Virus record (IMG/VR): IMGVR_UViG_3300000318_000081
Location: 1-58,513 of that record
Strand: one strand, 5' to 3'
DNA from: a virus
Lineage: Duplodnaviria > Caudoviricetes
Length of the DNA stretch: 58,513 nt
In this document: positions 29,601 to 38,566 of the stretch, piece by piece
Position numbering within the stretch: position 1 is the first letter of the stretch
Layout: each line of letters opens with the position of its first letter
Translations under genes and position numbers: made by a program
The notes under the pieces: generated by a model
What the model saw: only the letters and a program-made list of their open reading frames with translations
The model's database searches: none
What the model was told of the DNA's origin: nothing

Positions 29601-32600
29601 CAACAATAAGTATATTTTTCTTTCCTTGTTTAGCGAAACGTTTAGCGATACCAAGACCACTGTAAGTTTTACCGGTACCTGTTCCGTTGGTGAATAACAT
29701 ACCCTTTCCATGGGCAGCCTGTGAAGTCTTATGCTTTTCGCCGAAGAATCTATTTTCAGCTTTCAGAACATCGTCTTGTTGTTCGGGTAGGAGTAGGGGA
29801 AGGGTCTCGCGGATGTTGTCTTCATCCATAAGCTTAACCGGAATAGGTTCAGCTTTGATTTGTTCTTGTATTAATCTTGCTGTTCGTTCCTTAAATGTTT
29901 CTGGTACGCTAGAGTTATCTTTACGATCTGATTCATTTGGGCTTCGTCCAATGTCATTATGTCCGCTTTCGCTATCCAACTCATTTCCTCTGCCGTCAAA
30001 ATCTCCGGCATCACTGTTCGTAAGCTCTGGTTCTTTGATTTCTTGATGTAACTCGTTATAGCCTGATTCTCCAAATAAATCGGTAAATAAACCGCTACCG
30101 CTCTTGCGACCTGACTGTCTGATTCCTTTTCCACTGTTGTTCGCAGGTTCATTTCCCACTGATCCGCCTGTTCCTCCGTCATTAGGAATAACTTCTGCAT
30201 CTGTGGGTATTTCATTCTTGTTGTCCGGGCTATTTGATTGGCCACGTCCTGATCTATTAGATACATGATCTTTATGATTAAATTGTTGTATATCGAATTT
30301 TGCTACATCTACGGGGCTGCTCATTCCTTCTTGTGGAATACTAGCCCGTGAAAGTTCATAGAACCCTTTAAGATATGGTTTAATACCTTCGCCTAAAGTA
30401 TCTATCATTTTTGCTGAATAATCAGGGAATGAAACATCTCCATCTTCAAACAGCATCTCTGACATATCAAGAGCCAAGTCGTTTACTTCTGAACTAAGGC
30501 GTTTGTATCTAATATCAGAATTGTTTTCGTCAAATTCTCCGTTGTTTTCTGTGGCTGATTTTATTTGAGTCGGTTCCCATGAAATATATTCATCTGCTGT
30601 TGTCCAAATAATACCATCATAACCTTTATCTTGTAGTTTATTTATATCGGAACGTTTTACAATCATTGTATCAAATGATTGTTTGTTACTCCTATTTTTA
30701 TAAATACTTTCAGTTCCATATAGTTGCTTCAATAAATCATCTGCTCCTATACTTCCTTTAACAACTAAAGGGTTTTGAATACTTAAATATTCTTCATAAA
30801 GATGACCTTGAGACCCGTATTTTCTTGCATATGATTTGGCATTATCAATAATTGAACTAAAGTAAATTCCTCCTCCAACATATCCTTTTGAACCTCTTCT
30901 GAATTTATTAAATTCATCGTAGTTTGTTGTCCCATGATAAACTACCAAAGGCCGTCCACTTTCGTCTACAACCTTACTATCACCAAACCATTTCCAGAAG
31001 TTTCGTACTCCTTCTTCTGTGCTATGTATCGGCTTCCCTAAGTTGTTGGTCGTTGGACGGGGCTGTCCGTCAACAATAATAGTTTTAGCAAGTTTTTTAT
31101 ATTGTGGTTCATCGAGACCTAAACCTTTCTTTAGTTTTTCGGCTATTTCTCTGAACTTTCTTTCTCTTTCTGTTTCAACTGGTTTATTAGTTTCAACTGT
31201 TGTTCGCAGGTCATTTCCGGCGTCTTCTGGCTTAAGAACTCCGCCTTGATTTTCGAACTTATCATTAGTTTCCACGAGTCCGTCTCGTCCGATATTCTCA
31301 ATACTTCCTTTGTATTTTCCATTTGTTAATATGTTAAGTGACTTTAATACAGGTTCTTTAATATCTTTAGGTAAAGATAATTCAATTTCTCCGTTTTTAA
31401 TTTGTTCAGGAGTATATTTCTTTAATAAATCTGCAATGACATGAGAAATTGCTTCGTCGTTTCGTACTCCAATAGATTGATCGTGATACTGTGAAGGAAT
31501 ATAACTGTCTACATTATTTATTTCAAGATTTGAAAGTTGTTTTTGTGTAAAAGCTTTTTTTGTTGATTCATGTGCCTGTTCGTGAAGCCACGTATCGATC
31601 AACTCATTGTAACTTGGATTATGTTCTACATTGATAAATATCTTATTAGATAATCGAACACCAGGCAAAGTTTCGCCATCAGAGAGCATATTCAATGCTT
31701 CATTGAAATAACTATCACTAATTAATGGTTTGATAGCTTCTAAGAAGTCATTTGTAGAAGAAAGAACTTTTGCTTTTACGGGAGTCTTGAATAGTTTTTC
31801 AAGTCCAGTGACAATCTCTTTTGCAATTGCGTGACGTTCTTCGGGTGATGAGTCATTGTATCTTTCAGAAAGTTGTTTAGGTTCATTTATTTTTGAATCT
31901 ATTTCTTGTTTCCCACTATTAATTGGACTAGGAGTATCTTTATATTCTGCAAAAGGTTTACGTTGTTTAGCTCCATCGTAAAGCCACTTTTTAAAATCTT
32001 CAACACCTACTTCGGTAATGTCAGACAATCCCATCCAGTTCTTATCGTAGTTCTTCATGTAGGCACTTTCAGCTTCTCCAGCCGTGTTGTAACCTAACAT
32101 AACCTTAGATTCATCAAATAGTCCGGATTTATCGCCACTGGTAAATACCTGATCAATTACGAAAACTTTTTTACTGTTTTCATCGGGACCAACAAAACAA
32201 TCTATATGATCTCCGTCTTTACCTTCTGTTCCTTTGAAATACCCATAATTAGAAAACATCTCATTACTCCATTTCTTACCATCTTCGGAAATTCCGGATC
32301 GGATTGATCCTTTTGGATTTTCAATTGAGATGTCCATTCCTTGAAATGTAATATGAGCCATCTTATAATTACCGGCTTCTTTCTGTGCTTCTGTTGGGTT
32401 TAGATTTGGTTCTTGAGATTGGATTTGATTGTCGATTCCTTCGATAGCTTTTTCTTTATTCTCTTTTACTGCTTCTTCAACCTTATTGTCTATTGGTGTA
32501 ACTTCTTCCTGATTGTTTTCAGGTGTTTCCATTTTGGAAATAACTTCTTCTTTGGGCTTCAATGATTCATTTACTCCATTCCAATAATCAAGTTGACTAT

Positions 32601-35550
32601 TAAGAACTTCGGAGTTTGTTTTCATATCCTTCTTAGTCTGAATATCCTTTTGAATATCTCCGGTAGGTTTGTAAGTAGAAGTTTTCTTGATTTGGTCTTG
32701 AATTTCCTTTATCTTAGCATCAACAGTGCTTTGAACTTCTTCGGGAGAATCAAATATTTCATTAAGGGCACTGATAGTTTTATCTACTGGTGCTTGTTCA
32801 AATAACATGTTCCCCTCTTTATCTTCAGGAATCTGTTTTTCTTCTTCCGAAACATTCGGTTTCAATTCACTTGTAGAATCCTTAGCGGTGTTGTCTGCTG
32901 TTATTACTGGTTCAGGTATCGGGTTTCCGACCTTCTTTATGGATGAAATAGGGACAAGTGTATCATCAACTTGAACTAAACCCTCAGCTCTTGCCTCTAA
33001 TTGTTCTTTATCAGTTGGATCGTATTGATATTCTCCTTGTTTCAGTTGACCAGAAGCGTCAGTATAGCTTACCTGTTCGCCATTTTGAACACCGGCAATA
33101 TTATCTTCATTCACAATAGCACGAGGTTCAATATTGGCCATTAATCCCTGTTGGTCTTTAAATAGATATGTTCCGTCTTGATTAGTTCCTTCGATAGTCC
33201 CTAAAGTAAACGTTCCATTTCCATGATCTATCCTTACAACTTCACCCGGATTATACGGTCTTACAGCTTGATTGGCATAAGTAGACGATAATTGACCGGC
33301 TACATGGTCCTGTGCATTTTGAATGGCTTGTTCAGAAGGTGTATTCTCAGTTACACCAGCAATGTTTCCAATAGGAGCTACTTGTTTGTTACCTTGGTTA
33401 TCGGTATAGTAAACTTGTTTGTCTGAATTGGTTTCATCAATAGTTCCATCAGGGTTTTGACGAATAACTCCTTTCGTTATACGAACCGGTTCGCTTTCCC
33501 CGTCAACATTCGCATAAATGATTGAATTTGTATCAGGGTTGATCTCAGGTGTAACCATAGCTGCAGCTTTTTGTCGTGCTTCAGCTATAGTTTGATCCTG
33601 TTGTGCTTTTACTTCTTCCGGTGAAGGTAATGTGGGTTGATTGTTTGTCGTTTGTTTTTGACCGTTTACTTCATCATACTTATCCATGATAGATTTATGA
33701 ACGTCGGCTATGTTAGCTGATTCCCATTTAGAATTAGCATCGTTCATTATCGTTTTAGAAAAAGTACTTATAGGGATAGTTACCGGATCGGATTGAATCG
33801 GGTTATTGTTTTCATCAATAGTATTTGGTGGCTGAATGGTAAGATTACTATCTGAAATATTTGTGATCCTACCTTGTGGAATATCTTGTCCAACTTCAAA
33901 GTTTGGTGTTTGGACTTGTCCAACATTGCTTGTCTCTCCATTTCCGTTAACCCCGATGATGTTACCATCTTTATCAACTCTACTAATGTAGTTTCGATTT
34001 CCTTCCGAGTCGGTAATAGTTTGAACGTTTCCTTCTGAAGTTTGGAAATTATTCAATACTGATTTTACTCTATTTGAAAATACATTCCGTTTTAAGTCCT
34101 GATCAGTTGGCTGACCTGATTTAAACTTATCAAGTAAATCGTAGAAATGATTAGTTTCTATTTGAAATGAGTTATTTATTGCACTTTGATCTACATCAAC
34201 AAGTTTATTGTCTGGTGTTAGTCCTTTCCAACCTCCTTGTGTTTCTATAAGCTCAACCGGTTTCCCGTTATTCATTGAGATGGTAACATCTTTCTGAGCT
34301 GTTCTTCTTGCCAGTGTAGCTTCGTCCTGTGCGTTCATTGAGAATGGAGCAATAGCAGTAAACAAAAGAGAGGATACGGCCGCGCTTGCTGCTGTATCTA
34401 CCCATTGTTTGACCGATTGATTTTGTCCGGCCATAGCATTTATTGCTAATTTAGAGCCTTCCATTCCTTCCATCGTAGCTAAGTTACCCAATCCGGCCTT
34501 TACTAATCTTGAAACTGTTGAAGGTTGACTTTTAGCGTAGTTTTCAAATAGCTCTTTTGCTCCCCCTTCAAATGTTCCGGGGTTTGACTTGAATATGTCT
34601 GAAATAGCATCTCCAACGATTGGTGTTTTACTTAGTGCAATAGCTCCTTTAGAACCGATAATAGAACCTAGAGCATTCATTGTTCCCAACATTACGGCTG
34701 AATATCCTAATCCGGCACCTGTACGGGCAAATTCATTACCTTGTTCGTTGTTTTCCTTCTTAATATCATCATAAGCTCGTATTCCGTCACCATATCCACT
34801 GGCAGCAAAAGAGCCGGTTATCGCGGGAGTTAATGTTCCACCTGAATAAACATCAGCTACAGTTGCAATTGCCATTGGTACAACACCACCTATAGCCTTT
34901 CCATATTCATTTGAATACTCAGAGTCAGTTTGCTTGACCTGATTGGAAACTGCATTAGATTGGTTTGTAAAGAAAGTACCTACATCTTTAAGAGCTTTTG
35001 AATTTCCCCACATTGAACTCATTTTGTTCGCATAATCTCCAATAGTTCCCTCAATTGAACCTCCTAATGCATTTGTTGAATTAACTGCACCAGAAAGCAT
35101 TGATCTATCAAAGTTGTCATCTAATACAGCAGGATGATCTTCATCTATCCGCGGGTTACTGTTTGTCGGATCAATCTTAGCTTTTGTATCAGCTAAATCA
35201 ATGGTTTGATTTACGGGATTGATTGCATCCTGAGCCAATGTTATCGGAGCATCTAATTTGGTATTATCAATCGAAGGAGTATTCTTATCATAAAGAATAT
35301 CATGTGTAGTTTTATGAACTGAAGGTTGTTCGTCTGGGGCTACTATTTTGGGCTCTGAATTAGGAACAATCGCAAAGTTTTGTTTAGCAGGAGCAAGTAC
35401 ATCACTACCTCCTAAATCAACAGAGTTTTTATAAACAGGATATTTTGATACTATTTTTTGAGCTAATGTAGCATCATCTATATCGTTATATTCAGGGTAT
35501 TTAGATTTAATCTTACCTGAAAACTCCTGAATTGACATTGGGTTTGGCAT
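23689..35550 (-). CDS. Giant polyvalent (DarB-like) virion protein: inorganic pyrophosphatase-like, zincin HExxH, ADP-ribosyltransferase-like, SF2 helicase and N6-adenine MTase domains
   Basis: PTEAQKEAGNYK..DGDHID; LHEQAHE; WFGDSKVVD..PLVVYHGT..GIYFS..GYDGII; GTGTGKT, DESH, SAT, QIEGRVYR; EPSAGHG, MNPPF. Confidence 0.88.
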   Translation of the reverse strand: MPNPMSIQEFSGKIKSKYPEYNDIDDATLAQKIVSKYPVYKNSVDLGGSDVLAPAKQNFAIVPNSEPKIVAPDEQPSVHKTTHDILYDKNTPSIDNTKLDAPITLAQDAINPVNQTIDLADTKAKIDPTNSNPRIDEDHPAVLDDNFDRSMLSGAVNSTNALGGSIEGTIGDYANKMSSMWGNSKALKDVGTFFTNQSNAVSNQVKQTDSEYSNEYGKAIGGVVPMAIATVADVYSGGTLTPAITGSFAASGYGDGIRAYDDIKKENNEQGNEFARTGAGLGYSAVMLGTMNALGSIIGSKGAIALSKTPIVGDAISDIFKSNPGTFEGGAKELFENYAKSQPSTVSRLVKAGLGNLATMEGMEGSKLAINAMAGQNQSVKQWVDTAASAAVSSLLFTAIAPFSMNAQDEATLARRTAQKDVTISMNNGKPVELIETQGGWKGLTPDNKLVDVDQSAINNSFQIETNHFYDLLDKFKSGQPTDQDLKRNVFSNRVKSVLNNFQTSEGNVQTITDSEGNRNYISRVDKDGNIIGVNGNGETSNVGQVQTPNFEVGQDIPQGRITNISDSNLTIQPPNTIDENNNPIQSDPVTIPISTFSKTIMNDANSKWESANIADVHKSIMDKYDEVNGQKQTTNNQPTLPSPEEVKAQQDQTIAEARQKAAAMVTPEINPDTNSIIYANVDGESEPVRITKGVIRQNPDGTIDETNSDKQVYYTDNQGNKQVAPIGNIAGVTENTPSEQAIQNAQDHVAGQLSSTYANQAVRPYNPGEVVRIDHGNGTFTLGTIEGTNQDGTYLFKDQQGLMANIEPRAIVNEDNIAGVQNGEQVSYTDASGQLKQGEYQYDPTDKEQLEARAEGLVQVDDTLVPISSIKKVGNPIPEPVITADNTAKDSTSELKPNVSEEEKQIPEDKEGNMLFEQAPVDKTISALNEIFDSPEEVQSTVDAKIKEIQDQIKKTSTYKPTGDIQKDIQTKKDMKTNSEVLNSQLDYWNGVNESLKPKEEVISKMETPENNQEEVTPIDNKVEEAVKENKEKAIEGIDNQIQSQEPNLNPTEAQKEAGNYKMAHITFQGMDISIENPKGSIRSGISEDGKKWSNEMFSNYGYFKGTEGKDGDHIDCFVGPDENSKKVFVIDQVFTSGDKSGLFDESKVMLGYNTAGEAESAYMKNYDKNWMGLSDITEVGVEDFKKWLYDGAKQRKPFAEYKDTPSPINSGKQEIDSKINEPKQLSERYNDSSPEERHAIAKEIVTGLEKLFKTPVKAKVLSSTNDFLEAIKPLISDSYFNEALNMLSDGETLPGVRLSNKIFINVEHNPSYNELIDTWLHEQAHESTKKAFTQKQLSNLEINNVDSYIPSQYHDQSIGVRNDEAISHVIADLLKKYTPEQIKNGEIELSLPKDIKEPVLKSLNILTNGKYKGSIENIGRDGLVETNDKFENQGGVLKPEDAGNDLRTTVETNKPVETERERKFREIAEKLKKGLGLDEPQYKKLAKTIIVDGQPRPTTNNLGKPIHSTEEGVRNFWKWFGDSKVVDESGRPLVVYHGTTNYDEFNKFRRGSKGYVGGGIYFSSIIDNAKSYARKYGSQGHLYEEYLSIQNPLVVKGSIGADDLLKQLYGTESIYKNRSNKQSFDTMIVKRSDINKLQDKGYDGIIWTTADEYISWEPTQIKSATENNGEFDENNSDIRYKRLSSEVNDLALDMSEMLFEDGDVSFPDYSAKMIDTLGEGIKPYLKGFYELSRASIPQEGMSSPVDVAKFDIQQFNHKDHVSNRSGRGQSNSPDNKNEIPTDAEVIPNDGGTGGSVGNEPANNSGKGIRQSGRKSGSGLFTDLFGESGYNELHQEIKEPELTNSDAGDFDGRGNELDSESGHNDIGRSPNESDRKDNSSVPETFKERTARLIQEQIKAEPIPVKLMDEDNIRETLPLLLPEQQDDVLKAENRFFGEKHKTSQAAHGKGMLFTNGTGTGKTYSGLGIAKRFAKQGKKNILIVVPSEPKINDWVSDGRNIGLDITPILSTKDKGKNAVITTYANFRSNNALKTRDFDLVMYDESHRLMEEKSGKASSTTYTHYETSNVTKQQAFNRIQSVDPHYLKLRELQEEREHGVEPSEEEKKLQEQYDTKIKPKLEERAQKAFDNTKVVFLSATPFKGHFNLRYANHSLFDWGDETTYEQKSVGMSRVNPEGRFFMDNFGSAYEWKNNQLQSKSKANAEAIAMQEVEFADKLMAQGAMSGRALESDKDYSREFPLVALDHSEDFNKAFNDIFNYRENPLFKGLNEAAREVFYDYNYTTKLLESLRASMVIPRIQDHLDLGRKVVVFHRRKQANVAPPFQMILDNSLIKAHEKMGLAIASAYKVDEAKENLENVKNQIEDFKIKYSELLKFEQTLNYDPAIDQLNSAFPGKVVFINGDTAKKDKSGNIVKFNDDNSGKDIIVIQEEAGKEGISLHDTSGEHQRVLINLSLPISSTTALQIEGRVYRIGQATNAVFENPLLGLDMEIADFGQKINKKLSTTENLAIGSQARDLLRSFAEGVLFNSGKDKPNKEQGVGGKEYDKKATQLDMTEFKKAMLIYDSNQKNRGSRDSRQGKDYYATAEPLGQKMVEWLDINPGESVMEPSAGHGAIAMWFPEKANATVIEPSYSLFSKLNARAGGGNRKIINDIFENHNVVNKYHGIAMNPPFGSGGKTAIDHVEKAFEHLHNNGRIVAIIPQGQADKRLDKFLNGEDDKGKLLHPTAHLIASIKLPSIAFEQAGTAINTRIVVIDKIEQQSEFSIKQEIKRNNPYILEDELTSKVQTELQKQLDSIPRTENIDLSDSKNVNDLFSEIEDMNITPRSGEKQVIEHEPIPEVSNEVSETSNYDVFDQNNSKTGEAMFMAKSKKSISDYKATLAIAKKHGGNYSSYQNKADNIQNGFFFKNPDNRQKFLDEVENKQESPTYKRSTLINKPDYKDYDGDVLKFSEDTVKYYEELKKGSKKEAKKADVAKEKVEGMKMPKVSDYAGKSMSDYRKAKQEYFKEIQAINNSLEPAEKKRHRIILSGVKEVKDEIVQNDIPELRKLYNEIENDWFGNKDVENAKAMSDTIKLQTKLKDSVKGTDVNWKDIDKAIHIYNDMKNDPEAYKKYYPELTDEQKRIADIAQNLTPEQIEVADKINEEYVKLGQSALDEEVIGNIIDNYVRRTWDLSGGENTKDFWAKFSTSTSHAKQRKLGSILEGQAGGLNLKTAGATNNLQALRDEIHAVIANKQLMNAGLKTFASNGVPLFRLDNETGYKEIKHPNFRKWVQQKNVDSSIDLRGENWAVDKDGKIFEKKKVYAPAPIADKLNNVLGESKLNGLPFIDGLTKFNAIAKTTMLSFSFYHHQAFTRAYLFAASKENIADSNPMRAYKAGLDMFMNMSPEVETLIRNGMTLGRVQDWQEDLVEQKNFITKILDKAKVTKSISDKIMDLHKTQTDFLFKQFGLGLKVKSGVLEYNKQVQMFPDEDPNLIAKRVGEMMNNLFGGLNLERMGRNKTMQHLTRLTLLATDWTESNIKTLVKAFGWDYSKEQKGSKDYEKHERQMYQKVLGKSLLKSALTSTFWSLAIAAPWALLNHKDSDAEDTYWNEVEKLYTKIIQPLLNFDWDDASFLTGFNTIRDFVAKSHFLDADITPINESIHKLLGKEMPENEEDYFSILGHFKDPIKWIIDPATSLKHKASIMTSIALDGLTGKDWQGKRFTTIDELLGIDDKGLYARSIPKKGIHIGDPKGGRMTGEFTKYGKPYDTGAVQINEMPSFLLSEIRRMIPVPIQGITNMLQGEMDGFTAMTRGLGFNVSSEKMPNPNDIKVKAVEAEVKNTNIILSGIQEKANELYKSGADPLTISEQQQKFMKMNTFKHVVQERIIKDIKDAESDMKSYSTDPVKQAEIQQLIESREKALAESKDLSNNPNEVSAFAEKNGISNNKHRKPKVDNVVFKKSQNINYDGDLVDDAAE

Positions 35551-35565
35551 GGTTTAGTATTTTAA

Positions 35566-36792
35566 TTATTTAATACCAAGAGGATCATTTGTTGGATTCG
35601 TTGGTTTCACTGGTATTAAGGAAGGAACACGATTTGGAACTACCGTAACACCGGCTGCCGTATTCACTCCGGGTTGATGCCATCCATTACCAGATAGTTC
35701 TTTTACACGTTGCTCTTTTGATGCATTATCAGAAGCATGTATATCTTTTTGAGCTTTAATATTATTCGCATTATTCGCGGAACTCGTACTATTGCTCCGA
35801 GCATTATTTGTTAGACTTGTAGTGTTGTTACGTATGTTGTTTTCTTTTTCAGCCGCAATCAAGGCAGCATCATGTGCAACTTTCTCTTTATAGTCTAATG
35901 CAGCCTGTGCCCATTTAGCTTTGGAATCAGAGGCTTTTAATCCTTGTTCAATGGCCCATTGATTAAATTTCTGTTGTTCAACGGCTGCCTGTGCTTGTGC
36001 GGCCAATGATTGACGAACATATTGAATTGCCTCGGCTCTGTTTTTATCAAAAGTGCCACTTTGTTCTTCGTAATCTCTAATCTTTGCATTTACATCACCA
36101 TTATCATAAGCATCTTGTTGCTGCAAGTAAAGGTTTCTAAGGTCTTTCTCTTTCTTGTCGTTTGAATCAGTATTCGACAATGAATTATCCCTCTTAGATA
36201 TGTGCGCGCCATTATGGGCACCAACCATTTCAGCAAGTGAACCGAAAGTATCACCTAAACTTGCAGCAATGCGAGCAGCCTTTAATCCATCTTCTGAAAG
36301 TGGTTTAGGTTTTTTCTTAGTACTTTCATATATTTTCTGAAGTATCGGAGTGGTATCATTCGGGTCATATTCTCCTTGTTTTATAGTGTCAAGAGCATCC
36401 TGAGATAATTGATTATTCGCTGCTGCAAGATTACTTATTGGTTTTACAGGAGCAGTTTGAACTTGTGGTGGTGCGGGAGTTTCTTCATCATCATCACTAT
36501 TATCATCCGAATTGTCCGTTTTTGGTATGTTTTTGTTCAAAACAGGCAAATCGTTAGCCTTAGGTTGGGCTGTAGCATTTTGAACTGTACCAATGGCTGG
36601 TACATTCGACTGTTGACTCGTTGCGGAGGGTGCGGATGGCGCAGATTGGGGTGTTATGGCTATTTGTGGAGTTGTTGGAGCTTCGTATGGTTGCTCCATG
36701 ATAGGAGTAATAGGAGCAGGACTATTTGGGATAGGAGCCTTACCACTTAAAATTGCAGCTGTATTTCTATTGATTGAATCTTGAAGTCCCAT
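35566..36792 (-). CDS. Putative internal virion / ejection protein
   Basis: Low-complexity P/A/Q/N-rich with coiled coil; upstream of the giant protein. Confidence 0.6.
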   Translation of the reverse strand: MGLQDSINRNTAAILSGKAPIPNSPAPITPIMEQPYEAPTTPQIAITPQSAPSAPSATSQQSNVPAIGTVQNATAQPKANDLPVLNKNIPKTDNSDDNSDDDEETPAPPQVQTAPVKPISNLAAANNQLSQDALDTIKQGEYDPNDTTPILQKIYESTKKKPKPLSEDGLKAARIAASLGDTFGSLAEMVGAHNGAHISKRDNSLSNTDSNDKKEKDLRNLYLQQQDAYDNGDVNAKIRDYEEQSGTFDKNRAEAIQYVRQSLAAQAQAAVEQQKFNQWAIEQGLKASDSKAKWAQAALDYKEKVAHDAALIAAEKENNIRNNTTSLTNNARSNSTSSANNANNIKAQKDIHASDNASKEQRVKELSGNGWHQPGVNTAAGVTVVPNRVPSLIPVKPTNPTNDPLGIK

Positions 36793-37418
36793 TATTTTAC
36801 GGTTAAAGTTGCATCTGGTATTTGAAGAGATGCAGGATTGTTATTGATTGAAGTTTGTTGTGCGATTGCAGAACGTGTTCCTGTAACAGGAGCGGGAGTA
36901 CCTAAAGCTGTTGCCAACCCACTGGCTCCGTTACCAATTTGTTTAATACCGTTCGACATTAGGTTCTCGTAGCTGTTTGCATTTGTAGCCATGTTATTGT
37001 ATTCTTGATTTCCTAACTGATTCTTACGAGCCATGTACTTATCGGTTAGTCCGTCTTTCCACTGTTGGCCAATTGCAGCAACCCTTGAAGTTGTATCTGT
37101 AAGTGTTTTGTTGGATTGTTCTTTAGCTACTGCTGTAGCCTCTGGGGTAGCGCCGGTAACGGCAGCAGTATTTGCAGCTACTTCGTTGTTCTTTTTTAGT
37201 GCGTCCCTTGTATTCTTCATTAAGGCTTGTGTGTCTGCTCTATTTGTATAGTCAGAGTAATAGTTCTTATTGTACCAGTTTTCGTTATCAGCCTGTTGTC
37301 CGTTAAGATAAGACTGCATCTTTTTGTTTTCCTGCCCAGCCTTTATACCTCCGTAAATACTTTCACCTAGACCGACCGCTGTGCCTAGTCCCGGCACTAA
37401 TGAATCTAATAATCCCAT
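36792..37418 (-). CDS. Putative ejection / DNA-pilot protein
   Basis: Gly-rich N-term GLGTAVGLGESIYGG followed by an A/N/Q-rich helix. Confidence 0.65.
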   Translation of the reverse strand: MGLLDSLVPGLGTAVGLGESIYGGIKAGQENKKMQSYLNGQQADNENWYNKNYYSDYTNRADTQALMKNTRDALKKNNEVAANTAAVTGATPEATAVAKEQSNKTLTDTTSRVAAIGQQWKDGLTDKYMARKNQLGNQEYNNMATNANSYENLMSNGIKQIGNGASGLATALGTPAPVTGTRSAIAQQTSINNNPASLQIPDATLTVK

Positions 37419-37437
37419 AATTGTATATTTTAATTTA

Positions 37438-37482
37438 CAAATTAAGACTAAACAGGTTCAAATCTTACCACTTGACGCTAAA
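37438..37482 (-). promoter_or_regulatory. Putative late promoter 3 (ejection operon)
   Basis: TTTAGCGTCAAG (37482-37471)-N22-GTCTTAATTTG, same elements as promoter 2. Confidence 0.78.
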
Positions 37483-37493
37483 TAATGAGCCAT

Positions 37494-37550
37494 TGTGCAT
37501 AAGTAATGAGTATGAGAGGGATGTATGAATGAAATAAACATTTAGCTTTG
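37494..37550 (+). promoter_or_regulatory. DnaA-box promoter copy D (no palindrome)
   Basis: TGTGCATAA 37494-37502 and TAGCTTTG 37543-37550, same 56-nt spacing as copies B and C. Confidence 0.7.
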
Positions 37551-37574
37551 CATTTATTTGAATTTATCAAAGCC

Positions 37575-37892
37575 ATGGAAACTGAAAAGAAAACTGTAAA
37601 TAAGGGGGGATTGAAGAAAGGTCAAACTAATAATCCCAAAGGAAAACCGAAAGGAACAAAGAATAAACTAACTGTTGATGTAAAGCAAAAGATAGCTGAT
37701 TACATAGGGGAGGGGTTTGATGATTTCAAAAAAACTGTTTCTGCTATCACTAATAAAACAGATCAGGCAAGAATATACATTGAGCTATGTAAGATGATAA
37801 TTCCAAAGCCTGTTGATCCTATCGCCAAGAAGGAAGAAGACAAGTTCCACACCGAGTTCATGAAGCGTTTATTCCCTAATAGAGATGAATAA
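37575..37892 (+). CDS. Putative terminase small subunit
   Basis: KKGQTNNPKGKPKGTKNKLT motif typical of TerS-like/DUF5681 N-termini; ATG 37575. Confidence 0.6.
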   Translation: METEKKTVNKGGLKKGQTNNPKGKPKGTKNKLTVDVKQKIADYIGEGFDDFKKTVSAITNKTDQARIYIELCKMIIPKPVDPIAKKEEDKFHTEFMKRLFPNRDE

Positions 37893-37956
37893 TTTAACGC
37901 ATTCATATCTGTTTTAATTATAATACATTAGTCTACTTCTGTCACAGGGTGGAGAC

Positions 37957-37991
37957 AAAAAAAAGCCAGTCAAATTAATGATTGGCTTTTT
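37957..37991. terminator. Bidirectional terminator
   Basis: AAAAAGCCAGTCA-AATTAA-TGATTGGCTTTTT. Confidence 0.82.
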
Positions 37992-38019
37992 ATTAGTTTG
38001 TATCCAAACTGAAGTTACA

Positions 38020-38535
38020 TTATTGTATTTGTTTTTCAAGTTGTAATCCTCTTTCACATGCTTCCAATGAAGTTTTAAATGTATCCTCTACATCTATGGT
38101 AACACCTGTTTCATTGTCTTTGACATAAAGAATCCAAGGTTCTTCCAAATCTTCACGTTCAGCCTTATTTATAAAATAATTGTCGCTGCTCCACTTTGAA
38201 CATCTTTCGTCCAAAATTTCGTTTAAAACTTCAATCTGTTTTTCATACTCCAAGAGTTCAGGATCATTTTCTTCATAATCATAAGCATTGATTGATTGCA
38301 TAAGGTTTGCATACTTTGAGAATTCTTCTGGAGTAAATAGCTCTTCATAGATATTTACGCTAATGAATTTACTATTTGATCTGATAATTTCATTCATAAA
38401 TTCATCAGAGGCTTCTTTTAGAGCAGCTTCTAATACATCTTCGTCAGAATCTAAATGCCTTTCTGATACAGCTTCTAATTTAGCTTCTAACATACATTGT
38501 TCTTGATAAGTAAGAATTTCTTCAGGTGATTTCAT
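38020..38535 (-). CDS. Hypothetical acidic protein
   Basis: 171 aa, very E/D-rich. Confidence 0.7.
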   Translation of the reverse strand: MKSPEEILTYQEQCMLEAKLEAVSERHLDSDEDVLEAALKEASDEFMNEIIRSNSKFISVNIYEELFTPEEFSKYANLMQSINAYDYEENDPELLEYEKQIEVLNEILDERCSKWSSDNYFINKAEREDLEEPWILYVKDNETGVTIDVEDTFKTSLEACERGLQLEKQIQ

Positions 38536-38566
38536 AATGTTATGTTTTAAATGTTTGGCAACTGGT

